Shown one piece after another: positions 51,640 to 63,912 of a DNA stretch of 64,000 bases. The position numbers and the translations under genes are program-made. The notes beneath the pieces are model-generated. The model did not search any database and was not told the DNA's origin. It worked only from the letters and a program-made list of their open reading frames with translations. Source of the DNA: Phoronis australis (Eukaryota > Animalia > Phoronida); the NCBI GenBank assembly GCA_002633005.1, contig NMRA01000030.1, positions 1,231,957 to 1,295,956 of the forward strand, in the 5' to 3' direction. Positions within the stretch are counted from its first letter, which is position 1. Each line of letters starts with the position of its first letter.

Positions 51640-53460
51640 TGGACCTCTAGCCCTGGAATTGAACCCCCGCACGTGACCAGTGTGTTTTGTTATTGCAGCT
51701 TAAGAACCCGAAGCTTACCGCGAGAGTTTGCACTGAGATTTTCCGGCCGCCTGCACGACGGAGTTGTGACCCGGAGCATGGGCGGCACATCATAGGGGGT
51801 GGGGGACTATAGCCCCACTTTTTAGTGCTGCGCCGCCCATGCAGAGTTGTAGTTATAAAATCAAGCCGCCCGCGTATGTGTGCGTGTGCTAGCGTTCGTG
51901 TGTTTGTGTGCGCATGCTTGCATGCGTGTGCATGTGTATTATTACAGTTTTCATTTGCATTTCTATATCATTTGTGCAATGTTTACCTGTTGAACAGATG
52001 CCGTTTTTGATAATAGGGCCGTTCCAGATTCCACAGCGACACTCGAATTTCGCTGTATTTACTAACAATGCCATAAACAGCCGTCAGGCCCATTTACTGC
52101 CTCGTTTTCTTGCCACTTGAGTTTCAAATGTTATTCGTTATTGTCTGATTCTTTACAAGCTATTCTTGGTTGCATTACTATATTCGTCCTTCCAATGGCG
52201 ACAGAGTATTACTGTTGTGCTGTGGGCTGCAACTCCGACGTGAAAAAGTTTTATAAACTGGACAAATACCCGTGGATGCATTACCTGAAATACTTAGCCT
52301 TCCCGACTTCATTGAGATTCACGAACACGTGTCGGATTTCCAAAACGAGGTCACGCGCGTTCTTATCTCCGAGACAAAGGGGAGTTCTATCGTCGTGTAA
52401 TCCGGGATGCCCCTATTCCATTGATGAGAAGTAGGCCAACTGTTATCTGTGGTATTTGCCAATACTTGTGAAATAACACAATCCAGTACTTGCGTTACCG
52501 ACAGCATACTGTGTATTTGCCCCCACTCTTGGCGTATTGTCCCACTTTTTAAAACTTTCCCGCGGTCTCGCCACACCATCCAAATGTCACTTTATTTGAC
52601 ACACGGCAAAATTGACATATCATGTACTAATGTAGTTTCCCACGCAACAGAGCCATGATTTCCCGCTCAACTAAAAAGAAAATAAAACGGGACGTTTCAA
52701 ACCTTTTTGTAGAACCTGTAATTTCCCATTCAAAAACAACAACAAAAACGGTGCGAGATATTTTTAGTTGAAACATTTTCCTTTCGAGAAAAATACTGTC
52801 GGCACGTCTGTGTCTGTTGCAGGGAGCAACTCGCTGTTACGTTTTCGCTCAGACCCAGATGTCCCACGTTTTATCCTGAAATCACGCTTTTCAATTCAGT
52901 TGTTCCGGGTTTTTCGGTTCTTGGATGTTGACCGTAACAGCTATGCAATAGGTGTTCAAAATAACATCGTCTCTTTTTACAAATATTGTTATTTTCCGGA
53001 GTCGGCTTTCTTTAGTAACATAACAATCGTTAAAATGTGTTCCAATGTCTCTTGTTAACGGTAAAATACACTACATGTGTCAGGATCATTCATTTTTACT
53101 TCATGAATAAAAAAGTTTATATCAAAACTTTTATGGAAAGTTCTACATTGCAACAAATGTGGTGAACTATCCACAATGTCAGTGGCGGATTTAGAGGGGG
53201 CCAAGGGGGCCATAGCCCCCCCTAAAACTCTCCCAGATTCCATTTGGCAGTACAGGGGTACGAATGTCTGACGGGCAAAATCCTGGCTAAAACTCTGCCC
53301 TGGCCCCACTGACTCAAAATCCTTGATCCGCCCCTGAATGTATTTCAAAACTACCTGATGTGCGTTTGCCCATTTTCTGTCAGAGATTTTTTAACTTGGA
53401 GTAGTTAATAGCATTTTTTTCATATATGTCACTGCGTTTTGAATTTTACAGAAAATTAAG
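51640..53460 (+). mobile_element. DNA-transposon-derived repeat with THAP-like remnant (second copy 61428-62910)
   Basis: MATEYYCCAVGCNS...LAFP at 52195-52310. Colinear homology with 61428-62910 (ctctagccctggaatt; ttgaatgttgaccgt; cttttatggaaagt). Confidence 0.55.
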
Positions 53461-54617
53461 TGTATCAGACGGCACCAAATGTCCAGTAAATTATAATATA
53501 TGCTGGTGTATAATTTTGGGTGCATGCCTGACTAAGTTGTCCAAACATTAGCGTGGGAGATCATATTCTAAAACTTTTGTTTTGATAGATTAGAAATCTT
53601 TTTAGTGTTGAAATAATTTCCCTAATGGCTTACCTAGCCGTTTATACAACCTATCTGGTTTATTTCCTTTAGGATTCACTATTACACGCTGTTATTGTTC
53701 GCATTTGGATGACACTCTTGGTTTTTGGAATTAAAAAAACTTAAACCAGTCTGGTATGCCAAATGATATCTGTTTTGCATCAAATTAATACATATTTTTT
53801 GCTTCTGGGGTAAACATCAAGAACTGACGTAAGGCTTTGTCAAGATGTGGCTGCCATGCAATTCGGTTGAAAAGCACAGGAATTGCGAAAAGTTTTAATG
53901 ACAATAAATTTCATGGCAAGTGCACACACCGGAGCAAATGAATGCAAACAACTATCACGCATGCGTGGAGTAAATGAGCGGCTGTGAGATCGGAGTTTGA
54001 GTTCCAGGGTTAGAGCTCCATGGTAGGACGTACCTGTTGTGTCATGCGCACTGAATATTTCCTTTAAGATGATCTTGTTCATCGCAAGCACGAACAAGCA
54101 GCACTGAAATTCATTCAAGTTCAAGTTTATAAATGCTTTCTGCCATTTCGGGCAGAGAGGGTTGAACTCCATAAGGCGTCGCAAGAACGCACGTAAGTAC
54201 ATCAGATGTTTATGTGGAAAAAATGCAGACAATTAAGCCAGTGTTGTATTACTGCAGGTTCACTAGCTAGGCCTCTAGAAGTACTCACCAGTTAAAACAC
54301 AGCTACTCAAGCTTCAATGAAAGCCAATCAAGGCGCTTGTCCCTGACAGCATGATTGCCAGCTGACAGACTGCCAGCAGCCTCCTGCCATCAGTATAAAT
54401 AAAAGAAACATACGGGGAACCGTGAAAGTTACAAAATCACAAGACACCACAAAAAGATTAACGACGAATGATATTGACGATTACAACATTCCCCTCCTCC
54501 CTAAAATGTGTGGGGTCCAACTGAGAATCAACATCATTCGCCACATACGAAAAACCTCCTAAACATTTAACCATATCCCCCTTAACGAAAATAAAGCCAC
54601 TACAAAGTAGACCAAGA

Positions 54618-54935
54618 GTTGCGAACAATTTGTCCTGTCAGCACGCCATGTTTTTGGTCACATCACGTGACCTAATGAATATAAGTCCGAAAAGATTTCT
54701 GCACCCGACCGGGACTCGTACCGAGGACCCTCTGCTAACCGTGCAGACGCTCTAGCCACTGAGCCATCGGGACTACTGGTCAAACACAGAAATCCAATCA
54801 GACTTATTAGTGGGCATCTGACCCTTGATCTCCATTATGTGTAGATCAAGGATAAGATAGCCACTTTTCGAACTTCATTAGGTCACGTCACGTGACCAAA
54901 AAGATGGCGTACTGACGGGACAAATTGTTCGCAAC
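54618..54935. mobile_element. Inverted-repeat element (~62-bp IRs) enclosing a tRNA-like cassette
   Basis: gttgcgaacaatttgtcc...cacgtgacctaatgaa is inverted at 54874-54935. Confidence 0.8.
54701..54773 (-). pseudogene. tRNA-like sequence (probable pseudogene/Pol III cassette)
   Basis: GTCCCGA-TG-GCTCAGTGGCTAGAGC-G-TCTGC-ACGGTTA-GCAGA-GGGTC-CTCGG-TACGAGT-CCCGG-TCGGGTG forms a full-length cloverleaf but lacks U33 and has an altered TTC. Confidence 0.7.
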
Positions 54936-57562
54936 ATTTTTCCACGCCTTACTGAAAAAGATATATTTCTTGACCAAGAGTGTTAGAATAACAAAGAAAA
55001 TTCACCTAGAAGCAGAGAATAATGCACATAAGTTAAACACAGAAGTACCAAAAGTAATAAAAAGAGTTCAGAATGTCAGCACATGATCCCTAGCACATGA
55101 AGTAAGTCATAAATAGAAACCTAGCAGGATCCCAACCCCCCAAGGCGGGAGAGCAGTCACCTAACGGAAAAAGTTCTTGCTAGGGAGATTCCCCTGACTT
55201 GTAACTCCAAAGGGTATAGGACGCGTGCATTTCTAGTGGAGTTCTCAAAATAAAGTTTGCACTAATATTATGTACGCGCGTTACCCACAAAGCAGCCACT
55301 AGCATACTACATTTTGACGTGCTCCGGATGGAGGCCGACATACGTATTCCAACCCAAAAGGAACGCCTTAGACATAGACCTAAAATGGATAGGTTCACAG
55401 AGAAATGTGACTGACCTTCCATTAAATGTAGGGCCTCCTGGCATCTGGGACGGACATGGAAGTAACCACGCATCAAGGATACGTTATTAAATAAGGGACA
55501 TAGCTGTAGGGAAAAAGTATTAGGTCAATGAAATGGTGTTCATTGACATAAGCAAAACGCTGCTTAAGCCTAAACTCACCAACTAGAAGGACGCAATAAA
55601 TAAGTACCCACAAAACCAAAGGATACACAATCCAGTTAAACCACCAAACCAAACAGACCAAGAAACCACTTGGATACAGTACCAGTCATCGTCTAGCACG
55701 GTACCACTTCCCTATTCAACCTCCCTCCGGACCTACAGAAAATGCCCTGCTCAGGCAAAGGTTTTCAAGAAAGGTGGTTGAATACTCCTAAAAAGACCTA
55801 ACCAGTGCCGATTACGACGTTTGTCGTATTCCTGCAGGTTCACTAGCTATAGACCTCTAGAAGTACTCACCTGTTAAAACACAGCTACTCAAGCTTCAAT
55901 AAAAACCAGTCGAGGTGCTCACCCCTGACGACATGATTGCCTGCTGAAACACTGCCAGCAGCCTCCCGCCAGCATTATAAATTAAAGAAACATCCTGGGA
56001 ACCACAAAACTGACAAATCACAAGACACCACAGAAAGATCAAGGCAAGACTGAATATCACCCGGGCTCCCTCCCCCCCCTTTTCATCCAATGTGCAAGTG
56101 TGCAGGTGCCAGTCAACATCTCTCTCTCCCTCTCTCTTTTCATCCAATGTGTAAGTGTGCATCTTTGCTCCGTAAGAAGGTCTTTGCAATGGTGATCAGG
56201 AATTCCAGTTACAATTTGTCTGATAGCAGGTAAATGGCGTCGAATCAGACGAATATTACGAAAATAAAGCTCGTCTCTTTCTTTGCGAGTGTGCTTTTAA
56301 ACATTTTGTGACTAAGGTTCATGGACCCCAAAAATCAAATAGAACCCCAAAACATGGGAAGTTGGGTCCATTGGACCGAAGTTTGGAAAATCAGGGCAAA
56401 CAGTGAGTCGGTGAGACGGTGAAAAAAACGAGGTTTTTTAAACATCAGTTTTAGTTTTCCCCACTCAATTTCCTTCACATGAATGTACATGTAAGTAAAA
56501 TGTTGTGGTACGTAGGGTGCACAGCAGCCATTTTCCTTCTTAATGATATGTAACGATAGATATTCTCCCTCATCTCTTCAGCTTTCCCCGATTTTCCTCC
56601 GCCTATTTCACCCTTAACCTCCCAAACAAACTTTTGTCGCTACTTATTGGTGAATGGACTTCTAACGTACACTTTAAGTTTTTGCGACTTAGACTAAATG
56701 CGCAGGGCAACACCCGTGGAGATTTTGTCAAGATTCAGTGATTATTGGAAATACGTATTTAATCGCGCCTCTGTGCGGCAGAAGCTTGTCGATTTGCGAC
56801 ATTACTCCGTTTATTTTGATAAACACTTGTGTCTTAACATAGCGAAGAGGCAGTTATTTCTAAAACGTCTTACCCGCTGCGTTGTTTCGCTGGCTAGCAT
56901 GTTCTTTTGCTGTGCTAGGGCAGCAGCTTCTGGTTCGACGGTAGATGCTAAGGTCTCCAAACACATTTCCAGAACCTTGGCGAAATAATTGAGGGGAGTA
57001 AAATCGAGAAAGAACAGCAAGGTAGCCGACATACAGAGAGTGTCAGAGCGGTGAGGTGGGAATGGAAAGGTAGCTGAAGGTGTCGAAATCTGAATCTTCG
57101 TCTTCAAATCTTGGTTTCAGGTACTTTTAAGTAAAACATCAGTGGCAGATCTACATTTTCAGCAAGGGGGTGTGTAGGATTCCCGCCAAGGTCGAATCTT
57201 AGGCGCGTGGCGCGGAGCGGGGGGAGGTTGGGAGGGGGGTTTCCCCTCCCGTGTAAGAAATTTTTTTGTTTTTGTAGCCAAATAGTGAAATTTTCATGCA
57301 TCCCGGTAAGTTTCTGGCACTTAACATGTCTCTGGAGTTTTTCTTAAGATAATTAAAAACCCTTCTCGATTTCGTCACATGAACTTGGCACATAAGTTTT
57401 TTGAAACCATATTGTGCACATCTGGGTATGAGTCACGCCAACAGCAAAAAGTTTTTGTTGGAACATCTGCTTACACACACCTTTTTTAGCATACGAAAAG
57501 TCGTATACGAAAAAGTGTGGTGTGTATACAGGGGTTTAGACAATTTCCAAATATTCAAGAGC

Positions 57563-57974
57563 NNNNNNNNNNNNNNNNNNNNNNNNNNNNNNNNNNNNNN
57601 NNNNNNNNNNNNNNNNNNNNNNNNNNNNNNNNNNNNNNNNNNNNNNNNNNNNNNNNNNNNNNNNNNNNNNNNNNNNNNNNNNNNNNNNNNNNNNNNNNNN
57701 NNNNNNNNNNNNNNNNNNNNNNNNNNNNNNNNNNNNNNNNNNNNNNNNNNNNNNNNNNNNNNNNNNNNNNNNNNNNNNNNNNNNNNNNNNNNNNNNNNNN
57801 NNNNNNNNNNNNNNNNNNNNNNNNNNNNNNNNNNNNNNNNNNNNNNNNNNNNNNNNNNNNNNNNNNNNNNNNNNNNNNNNNNNNNNNNNNNNNNNNNNNN
57901 NNNNNNNNNNNNNNNNNNNNNNNNNNNNNNNNNNNNNNNNNNNNNNNNNNNNNNNNNNNNNNNNNNNNNNNNNN
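57563..57974. other. Assembly gap (412 N)
   Basis: Run of N. Confidence 1.
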
Positions 57975-58748
57975 CGAATGCGGTCACTTTCTCAATGTGA
58001 GTGCCCCCTTGGTCATTCCTTGTATAGACATAACTTGTTATAGAGTGTGTCTTCAAACGGACTCGCGACCAGACCACGGCGCCCGCCACAATAGCAATTC
58101 TTCGGAAAAAGATTTTTTTCAAAAATATTACATGTACATGTATACAATATTACATGTACATGTACACTGTATGACATTGCGCAAGACAAATTTACTATAC
58201 ATCAGTTACAAACGTGTTGAGTGTAATAGAATGACACGGCATGACAGATGAGGTAAAAACGTTGCACATCAATTCGCCTGAATATCAGGGTTGCGGCACC
58301 GCAGTATTTCCCCTAATCAAATCAAAATATATCTTAGAGTGAAGAAGCTAGTTACCTAAAGAAATCAGCTATAGAACTGCTCTTTCAGCGGTGAATCCAT
58401 CTAAAATGCTTGGCTACTTCAGAAGTGTCGACGGAAGCGCGCGCACAATAAATCCCCGCGCGTTTTGCCGATAAGCCACAAAGACTCGGCAATTCACAAC
58501 GCAAAAAACTATATTTTCAGAGTGAACCCCCCCCTCAATTTTTTCCAAGTTGGTTTACTTGGGGTTTACACACGCTGGGGGTGCCGTTTTTGTTTTGCTG
58601 GAGCCGCTTTTGTTTTTTTTTTAATTTTTGGGTCCTGGCCCGAGGGGGGGTTTTAAACCCCCTGAACCCCCCCGTAGATCCGCCACTGAACATTTAATGA
58701 TTACAAATTACGTGTTTTACTTTCTTTCAAAGTTTGTAAAGGCATTGA

Positions 58749-58799
58749 TTATACTTGCTTAAATATTTGCTTTTCACTGACCGTCTTGCTATAGAAAAC
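58749..58799 (-). CDS. Candidate terminal exon of the dynein-stalk-like gene
   Basis: ctttactgcag|VFYSKTVSEKQIFKQV*, phase 0, giving ...DW-V as in the dynein stalk WV motif. Confidence 0.4.
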   Translation of the reverse strand, partial: VFYSKTVSEKQIFKQV

Positions 58800-58809
58800 C
58801 TGCAGTAAA

Positions 58810-59145
58810 GTATAACTCACCCAATCTCGTATTAATTCAAAAAACATACACAATAACTCACCCAGTCCCGTATTAACCCAACGTAGAATACAACTCACCC
58901 AGTCTCGTATTAACCCAACGTAGAATACAACTCACCCAGTCTCATATTAACCCAACATACAGTATAACTCATCCAGTCTCGTATTAACCTAAACATACAT
59001 TATTACTCACACAAACTCTTACTAACTCAACATGCAATATAACTCCCCCAGTCATATTGACCCAGAAAACATACAATAGAACTCACCCAAACTCGTACTA
59101 ACTCAGCATACAAGATAACTCACCCAGTCTCGTATTAACCCAACT
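58810..59145. repeat. ~40-bp minisatellite (ataactcacccagtctcgtattaacccaac...)
   Basis: About 8 tandem units; the last unit overlaps the exon end and donor at 59124. Confidence 0.9.
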
Positions 59146-59318
59146 ACTTGGTTAGTCTCGTACACAAGATCCTGGGAATAGTAGCTCAAAATATGTTTCG
59201 CCCTGGCAGCTACCTCTGGCGGCAGAAAGAACAGGTTGAACGTTCTTATTCTCTCCCACAGTCCAACGTACATGTCTGATTTTTCGGTCCTTAGCATTTT
59301 TCTACACTTATCCCATTC
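59124..59318 (-). CDS. Exon of uncharacterised protein with dynein stalk/MTBD-like domain
   Basis: tctgtag|EWDKCRKMLRTEKSDMYVGLWERIRTFNLFFLPPEVAARAKHILSYYSQDLVYETNQVVGLIRDW|gtgagt, 195 nt, phase 0-0. Confidence 0.8.
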
Positions 59319-59654
59319 CTACAGATTGTATAATATATTTCTTCCGATGAATGAATAAAATTAAATGTCAAGAAAATGTGAATCGACGTAACACTGCGGT
59401 TACAGTCTGTTTTACGAGAGTTGTGGTCAAGTTACACTAGCAACATGCAATGTAATAGCCACTACATGTATACCTGGCTGATAGCCGCTGCATCGTTTGA
59501 CCAGTGAAGGTGCCATGTCGAAAACCGGGTCGTGAAATTACTACTTTCTGTGCATGTGAGCACAGATGTATACATATCATTTTAATTGTTATATATGAAA
59601 CAGGAAAAGTCACAAAGGTTTGGGTAATGAGATTTATAATGCGCTTTGACATAC

Positions 59655-59935
59655 CCGTGTTATCCCCTCGTGGTCCCCCAGTATGAGGAATAAAGCTACG
59701 AAAACGTCTTTGATTGCGTACGGCACGTCGTTTTTGTCCCTTATATCAGCTATTGATGTCGACGGTATGTTCAAGATCTTTTGTTTTGATTTTTCAATCC
59801 TGTCGTACTTTCTCAGTTGTATAGCTGCACAATTTACTTCTGTCTGTAAACTTTCTTCCACGTCTTCCTCCGATATTGTCTTCACCACGTTCGATATTTT
59901 GGCGAAGTCTTTCATATCAATAGCGTTACATAGTT
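59655..59935 (-). CDS. Exon of uncharacterised protein with dynein stalk/MTBD-like domain
   Basis: ctctggcag|(E)LCNAIDMKDFAK...ILNIPSTSIADIRDKNDVPYAIKDVFVALFLILGDHEGITR|gtatgt. Phases 1 and 0 fit the neighbouring exons. Confidence 0.8.
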
Positions 59936-60534
59936 CTGCCAGAGAAAGGACTTTAGAATTTATCCTGGTCTGGGTTAGGAAAGAGTTGAGGTCATTTTTA
60001 AAGGGCTTTGGTAAAAAGCAAAAGATGATTTTTTTCTGGCAGAAAGCGTGTTGATAGCAGCTTTAACATTTGAATTTCATTGACGTTTTTGGCTAGCTTA
60101 TATAATTTTCTGATATAATATTGGCTACTGACCTAGCCACGTGGTTCCACGTCTCCATTCTCTGTTTATAGCCAAAAGTTTTCTTGCTGTTCAGAACTTG
60201 TTCATGTTAAGATGCCCCCAGATTACCACTCGCTTCAGTCACCCTCCCCATCTTGGCCAAGAATAACGCGTTTGGACTCTCTGTCGAATATTTCTGACTA
60301 GGTCAGTTGTGCTGAATTCACACACAACTTCAGTAGTTGTTGAATCTTATACCATTGGAACTCACAAAAGTACATGTACGGAGGCCCAGTACTCCCATTT
60401 TGAAGTGATGGAAATATTTTGTTAATCTGATAATTATGTAGCGGCCGCCAAAAAATAAAATATTTTCTTCACTTCAAGATGGCACTATTGGGCTTCCGTA
60501 CAAAGTAATTTACTTAACAATTTCCTTCCTTTAC

Positions 60535-60702
60535 CTCTTTTCAGTGCTGAGCATAGTATAGTTTTTCTGGCTTCTTCTACAAGGTTAGAGTTGTACGGAA
60601 TGCTAAGTTCAGAATACTGGTAGAAACAGTCACCAATCTTGTCTAAGTCTTCATTTTTGATAGAAATAATCAGATCTAGTATAGCCTTTTTCTGCCGCAA
60701 AT
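60535..60702 (-). CDS. Exon of the same uncharacterised helical protein
   Basis: gtttcag|(D)LRQKKAILDLIISIKNEDLDK...LVEEARKTILCSALKR|gtaaag, 168 nt, phase 1-1. Confidence 0.7.
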
Positions 60703-61233
60703 CTGAAACATTATTCAAATCAACATCAAATGTAATGTATCTTTTGCCCAGTTGTCTACAATGTAGACATCATGATCCACATTCGGGAAGTGGCTGAACA
60801 TTTTTTTGAACGGTGATCATTTTGCGTATTTATCACTAATTTGACTGATTACAGCATATGATGAACGATGTTACGTGTTAAAAACGATTTCAACCTATTT
60901 AAACGAGAGTCACGTGAGCTTGAGATCGGCATTGCTATCCAAATAGTACCAGAAAGTCATCATGGTGTGCAAGTGCTTTTAAATTAATTTAAATACGAGT
61001 CTTCAATACATTCACTACTTGCACGAATTCGCCATTATGCCTGAAAACGAAGTGTTGTGTCTAAACTACAAAATAATGGTTATGTATGCTTGGAAGACGT
61101 GCGCTTTCACGTTTGCAATGTTAAAATTGATGCTAAAACGAGACATTGTGTCCTAAACAACAATGCACAACAATGATTTTTGAAGCACCACCATGGTGTA
61201 CAATTAGTGAAGTGAACTATACATGTGACTTAC

Positions 61234-61285
61234 CAGTCAAAAGGTCTGTGTTGCCACCGTCTTGAATTTTCTCGAGGTTTTTTAT
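61234..61285 (-). CDS. Probable upstream small exon of the same gene
   Basis: attctag|IKNLEKIQDGGNTDLLT|gtaagt has a strong phase 1 donor matching the 60702 acceptor. A further 33-nt candidate exon lies at 61364-61396. Confidence 0.55.
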
Positions 61286-61427
61286 CTAGAATATTAAACG
61301 TGGTTTACAGTTCTCAAGATCAGGTGTAAACGAAGTGTTTAAGGATGGGTAGTTCAAGCTCACTTGCGACAAGCCACCACAGCATTGCGAGTAAAGCTAG
61401 AAAGAGTATGCGTTGCTTTTAATCAAA

Positions 61428-62910
61428 GAGCTCTAGCCCTGGAATTCCAGCTTCCGCATGTAACCTTTATTAGATCCCGAGACTAGCCGCGAGAGCTTGC
61501 AACGAGAATTTCCGGCTGCCTACTCGACTGAGTTTTGATCAAGAGTCGTCAGTGGCGGATCTAGGATACCATAAAGGGGGACCCAACATGGGGAATTGTG
61601 CAAAGCGCGATGGCATGTGCACAAGCGGCCCGAAAGTTATGGGTGCCGCGGATGTGGACCTCCTGTTCACAAAATCTGTCTGTGGACTAAAAAATAAAAA
61701 AACAGGAACACGATTCCGCCGCAAGTCTTAGCCCCCCCTCCCCTCATCCGCTACCGGTCCTTGTTACTGAACTTAATATTTCCTCATGCTTCACGCTGTT
61801 GCTGTCTCATTTTGCTTGCAGCAGCCAAGGGAGGGGGGGGGGCGGGCGGGCCCCCTGCTCCCTCCCTAAATCCGCCTATGGTTGTAATTATCGAATCAAG
61901 CTGTGTGCGTGTGAGTTTGTGTGTTTTTTGTTTGTGTGAGTGTGTGCGTGCTTGTGCATGTGTGTTATTACTGTTTTCAATTGTTTACAGTTCACTTGTG
62001 CAATGTTTAGCTGTTGCACAGATGCCATTTTTTGTTAATTCGATTTCTGAGAAGTAGGCGTAATGTTATTTGTAGTATTTACCTATACCGTGAAAAATCC
62101 AATACTTCGTGTTGCTGACAGCGTGTTGTGTATTTGCCTATTGCCCCGCTTTTGGTGGACTGTCTCACTTTTTTGATTTTTTCCTGCCCACCCGCCACAC
62201 CATAGAAATGTCCCGCTTTTTGATGCAAGGCCAAATTGATATATTATCATGAACTTTTGTAATTTCCTAAGCGAAATAGGCATGTTTTACCACTCGGCTA
62301 AAAACGGTACGTTTCTTAGGTTTTTGCGGCATCAGCAATTTCCAAGTCAACTATAAAAAAACTCAAAAAATGCTGTCGGGCATTTTTGCGTGTTACTTCT
62401 CCTGCTCGACAAAAACGCTGTCGGCATGTCTTTTTGCCTTGCAGCGAACCTTTCACTCTGCCGGTTTGGCTTAAACCCAGAAGTCCAGCTTTTTATCATG
62501 AAGTCCCGGTTTTTAATACAGTTGTTATTATATTTCGTTCTTGAATGTTGACCGTGAAAACTGTGAAACAGGTGTTCAAAGTAAAAATGTCCCTTTTTAT
62601 AAAAATATTGTTATTTTCCAGACTCCACTTTCTTAAGTAACATAACAGTTGTAAAAATGTGTTCCAGTGTCTTTTGTTTACGGTAACATACATTATATGT
62701 ATCAGGATCACTAAGTTTTAGTTTCGGAAGAAAATAGTTTATTTCTGAACTTTTATGGAAAGTCTTTTACTGCAACCAATCTCATGAGCAGAACATTTCA
62801 AAGTTACGTGATGGATGTTTTCCATTTTTTATCTATCAGAAACCGTTTATCAGCAAATTTCGGATTGATACTTGTAGCAGTTTATCGCATTTTTCATCAA
62901 TGTCAATATT
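61428..62910 (+). repeat. Second copy of the 51640-53460 repeat, with an inserted GC-rich MITE
   Basis: Colinear homology; lacks the THAP-like segment. Confidence 0.65.
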
Positions 62911-63654
62911 TTTGACCAGTCAGTTATGCGAAGCGATAATTACTTATGAATTAAACTATTTATGTGTTACGTCTGGTTTAATTATCAAGTACTGAAAAAG
63001 GGCTGTCCACTGAGATGTCTCTTGTACAATTCAGCTGAAATCGGCGGAGTAGAGAAAAGTTTTTCATTAATGACAGTTAATTCCATAAAGATACACACAC
63101 CGGAACAAACTAATGCGCGGCGCAACCTCAACAGCCGCGAGATCCAAGGTGTAAGAGGTCTACGTTTTAATACACAGCAATATCTTTCGGAGACTTGCGT
63201 GGTTTCTGTTTTTAGCGAGGAACTTTGTTTATAGACAGCCCAGATTTTCCACAATACACCAAAGACCTGTTTCATGACACATTTTCCTTGCAAGGGAAAA
63301 GTGCTAGTCTAGGTCTCGCCATATTAAATGAGGAGATACACTTTGAATTAAGTGAGACGAAATGACAAGCAGTGGAAAAGCAGTTTATTGAAATTTGAAA
63401 CTAAAACGAAAAATGCTTTGATACCAATAGAACTTCAAAATGTTCACAAAAAAACATAAAAATACATGATGAACATGTATTGTGACAGGGACAGAGAACC
63501 ACTCTGAATAATGCAAACAAGTCTGATTTTTTGCATTCTAGTCCTCTTTAGCTCAGTTTTCATGAAACACAAATGTCTTGATTTTCGAATTATGAAGTAT
63601 TGTGGGAATAAACGTTCGAATTTAACCCTATGATTCAACATTTCGATTATTTAT

Positions 63655-63912
63655 CCAACCCAGAGAGGGAGGGAGGGGGGCTCGGGAGGCTCCAAGGAGC
63701 CCCAACTTTGTTGAAGAAGTGGCCAAATAGGTCCGCCTCAGAGTAACAAAAAGTCCGAGAAAACGAGACAAAAGTCCACTATAAAGGCGCAAATGCACAA
63801 TTCAAGGCTTTGAAACGTGGTAAACCGTTTTTAGTCCCCCGTTTTTCTTTTTATTAAAAGGCCCACATTGTCAAAAGTTCGAGCCCCCTATATTTTAGGC
63901 TGCGCGCGTGCA
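63655..63912. repeat. Short GC-ended MITE-like repeat (another copy at ~32103-32315)
   Basis: Shared gtccgcctcagag.aacaaaa and ccacatt..caaaa.ttcgagccc..attttaggctg. Confidence 0.55.

Larger units (their letters stand above)
54243..56060 (-). mobile_element. Non-autonomous LTR retroelement (TRIM/LARD-like) with ~245-bp LTRs
   Basis: Direct repeats 54243-54488 and 55822-~56060 (tgt.gtatt.ctgcaggttcactagcta...). PPT gggaggaggggaa abuts the left LTR, and a degenerate tRNA-Ser-type PBS cgtaatcggca abuts the right LTR. No coding interior recognised. Confidence 0.75.

Noticed and set aside
54701-54773. Functional tRNA-Thr(GGT) gene
   Set aside because: It lacks U33, has an altered T-loop and acceptor mismatches, GGT is not a normal eukaryotic Thr anticodon, and it sits inside a repeat.
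57401-58251. Long ORFs of 199-244 aa
   Set aside because: Artefacts of the N gap.
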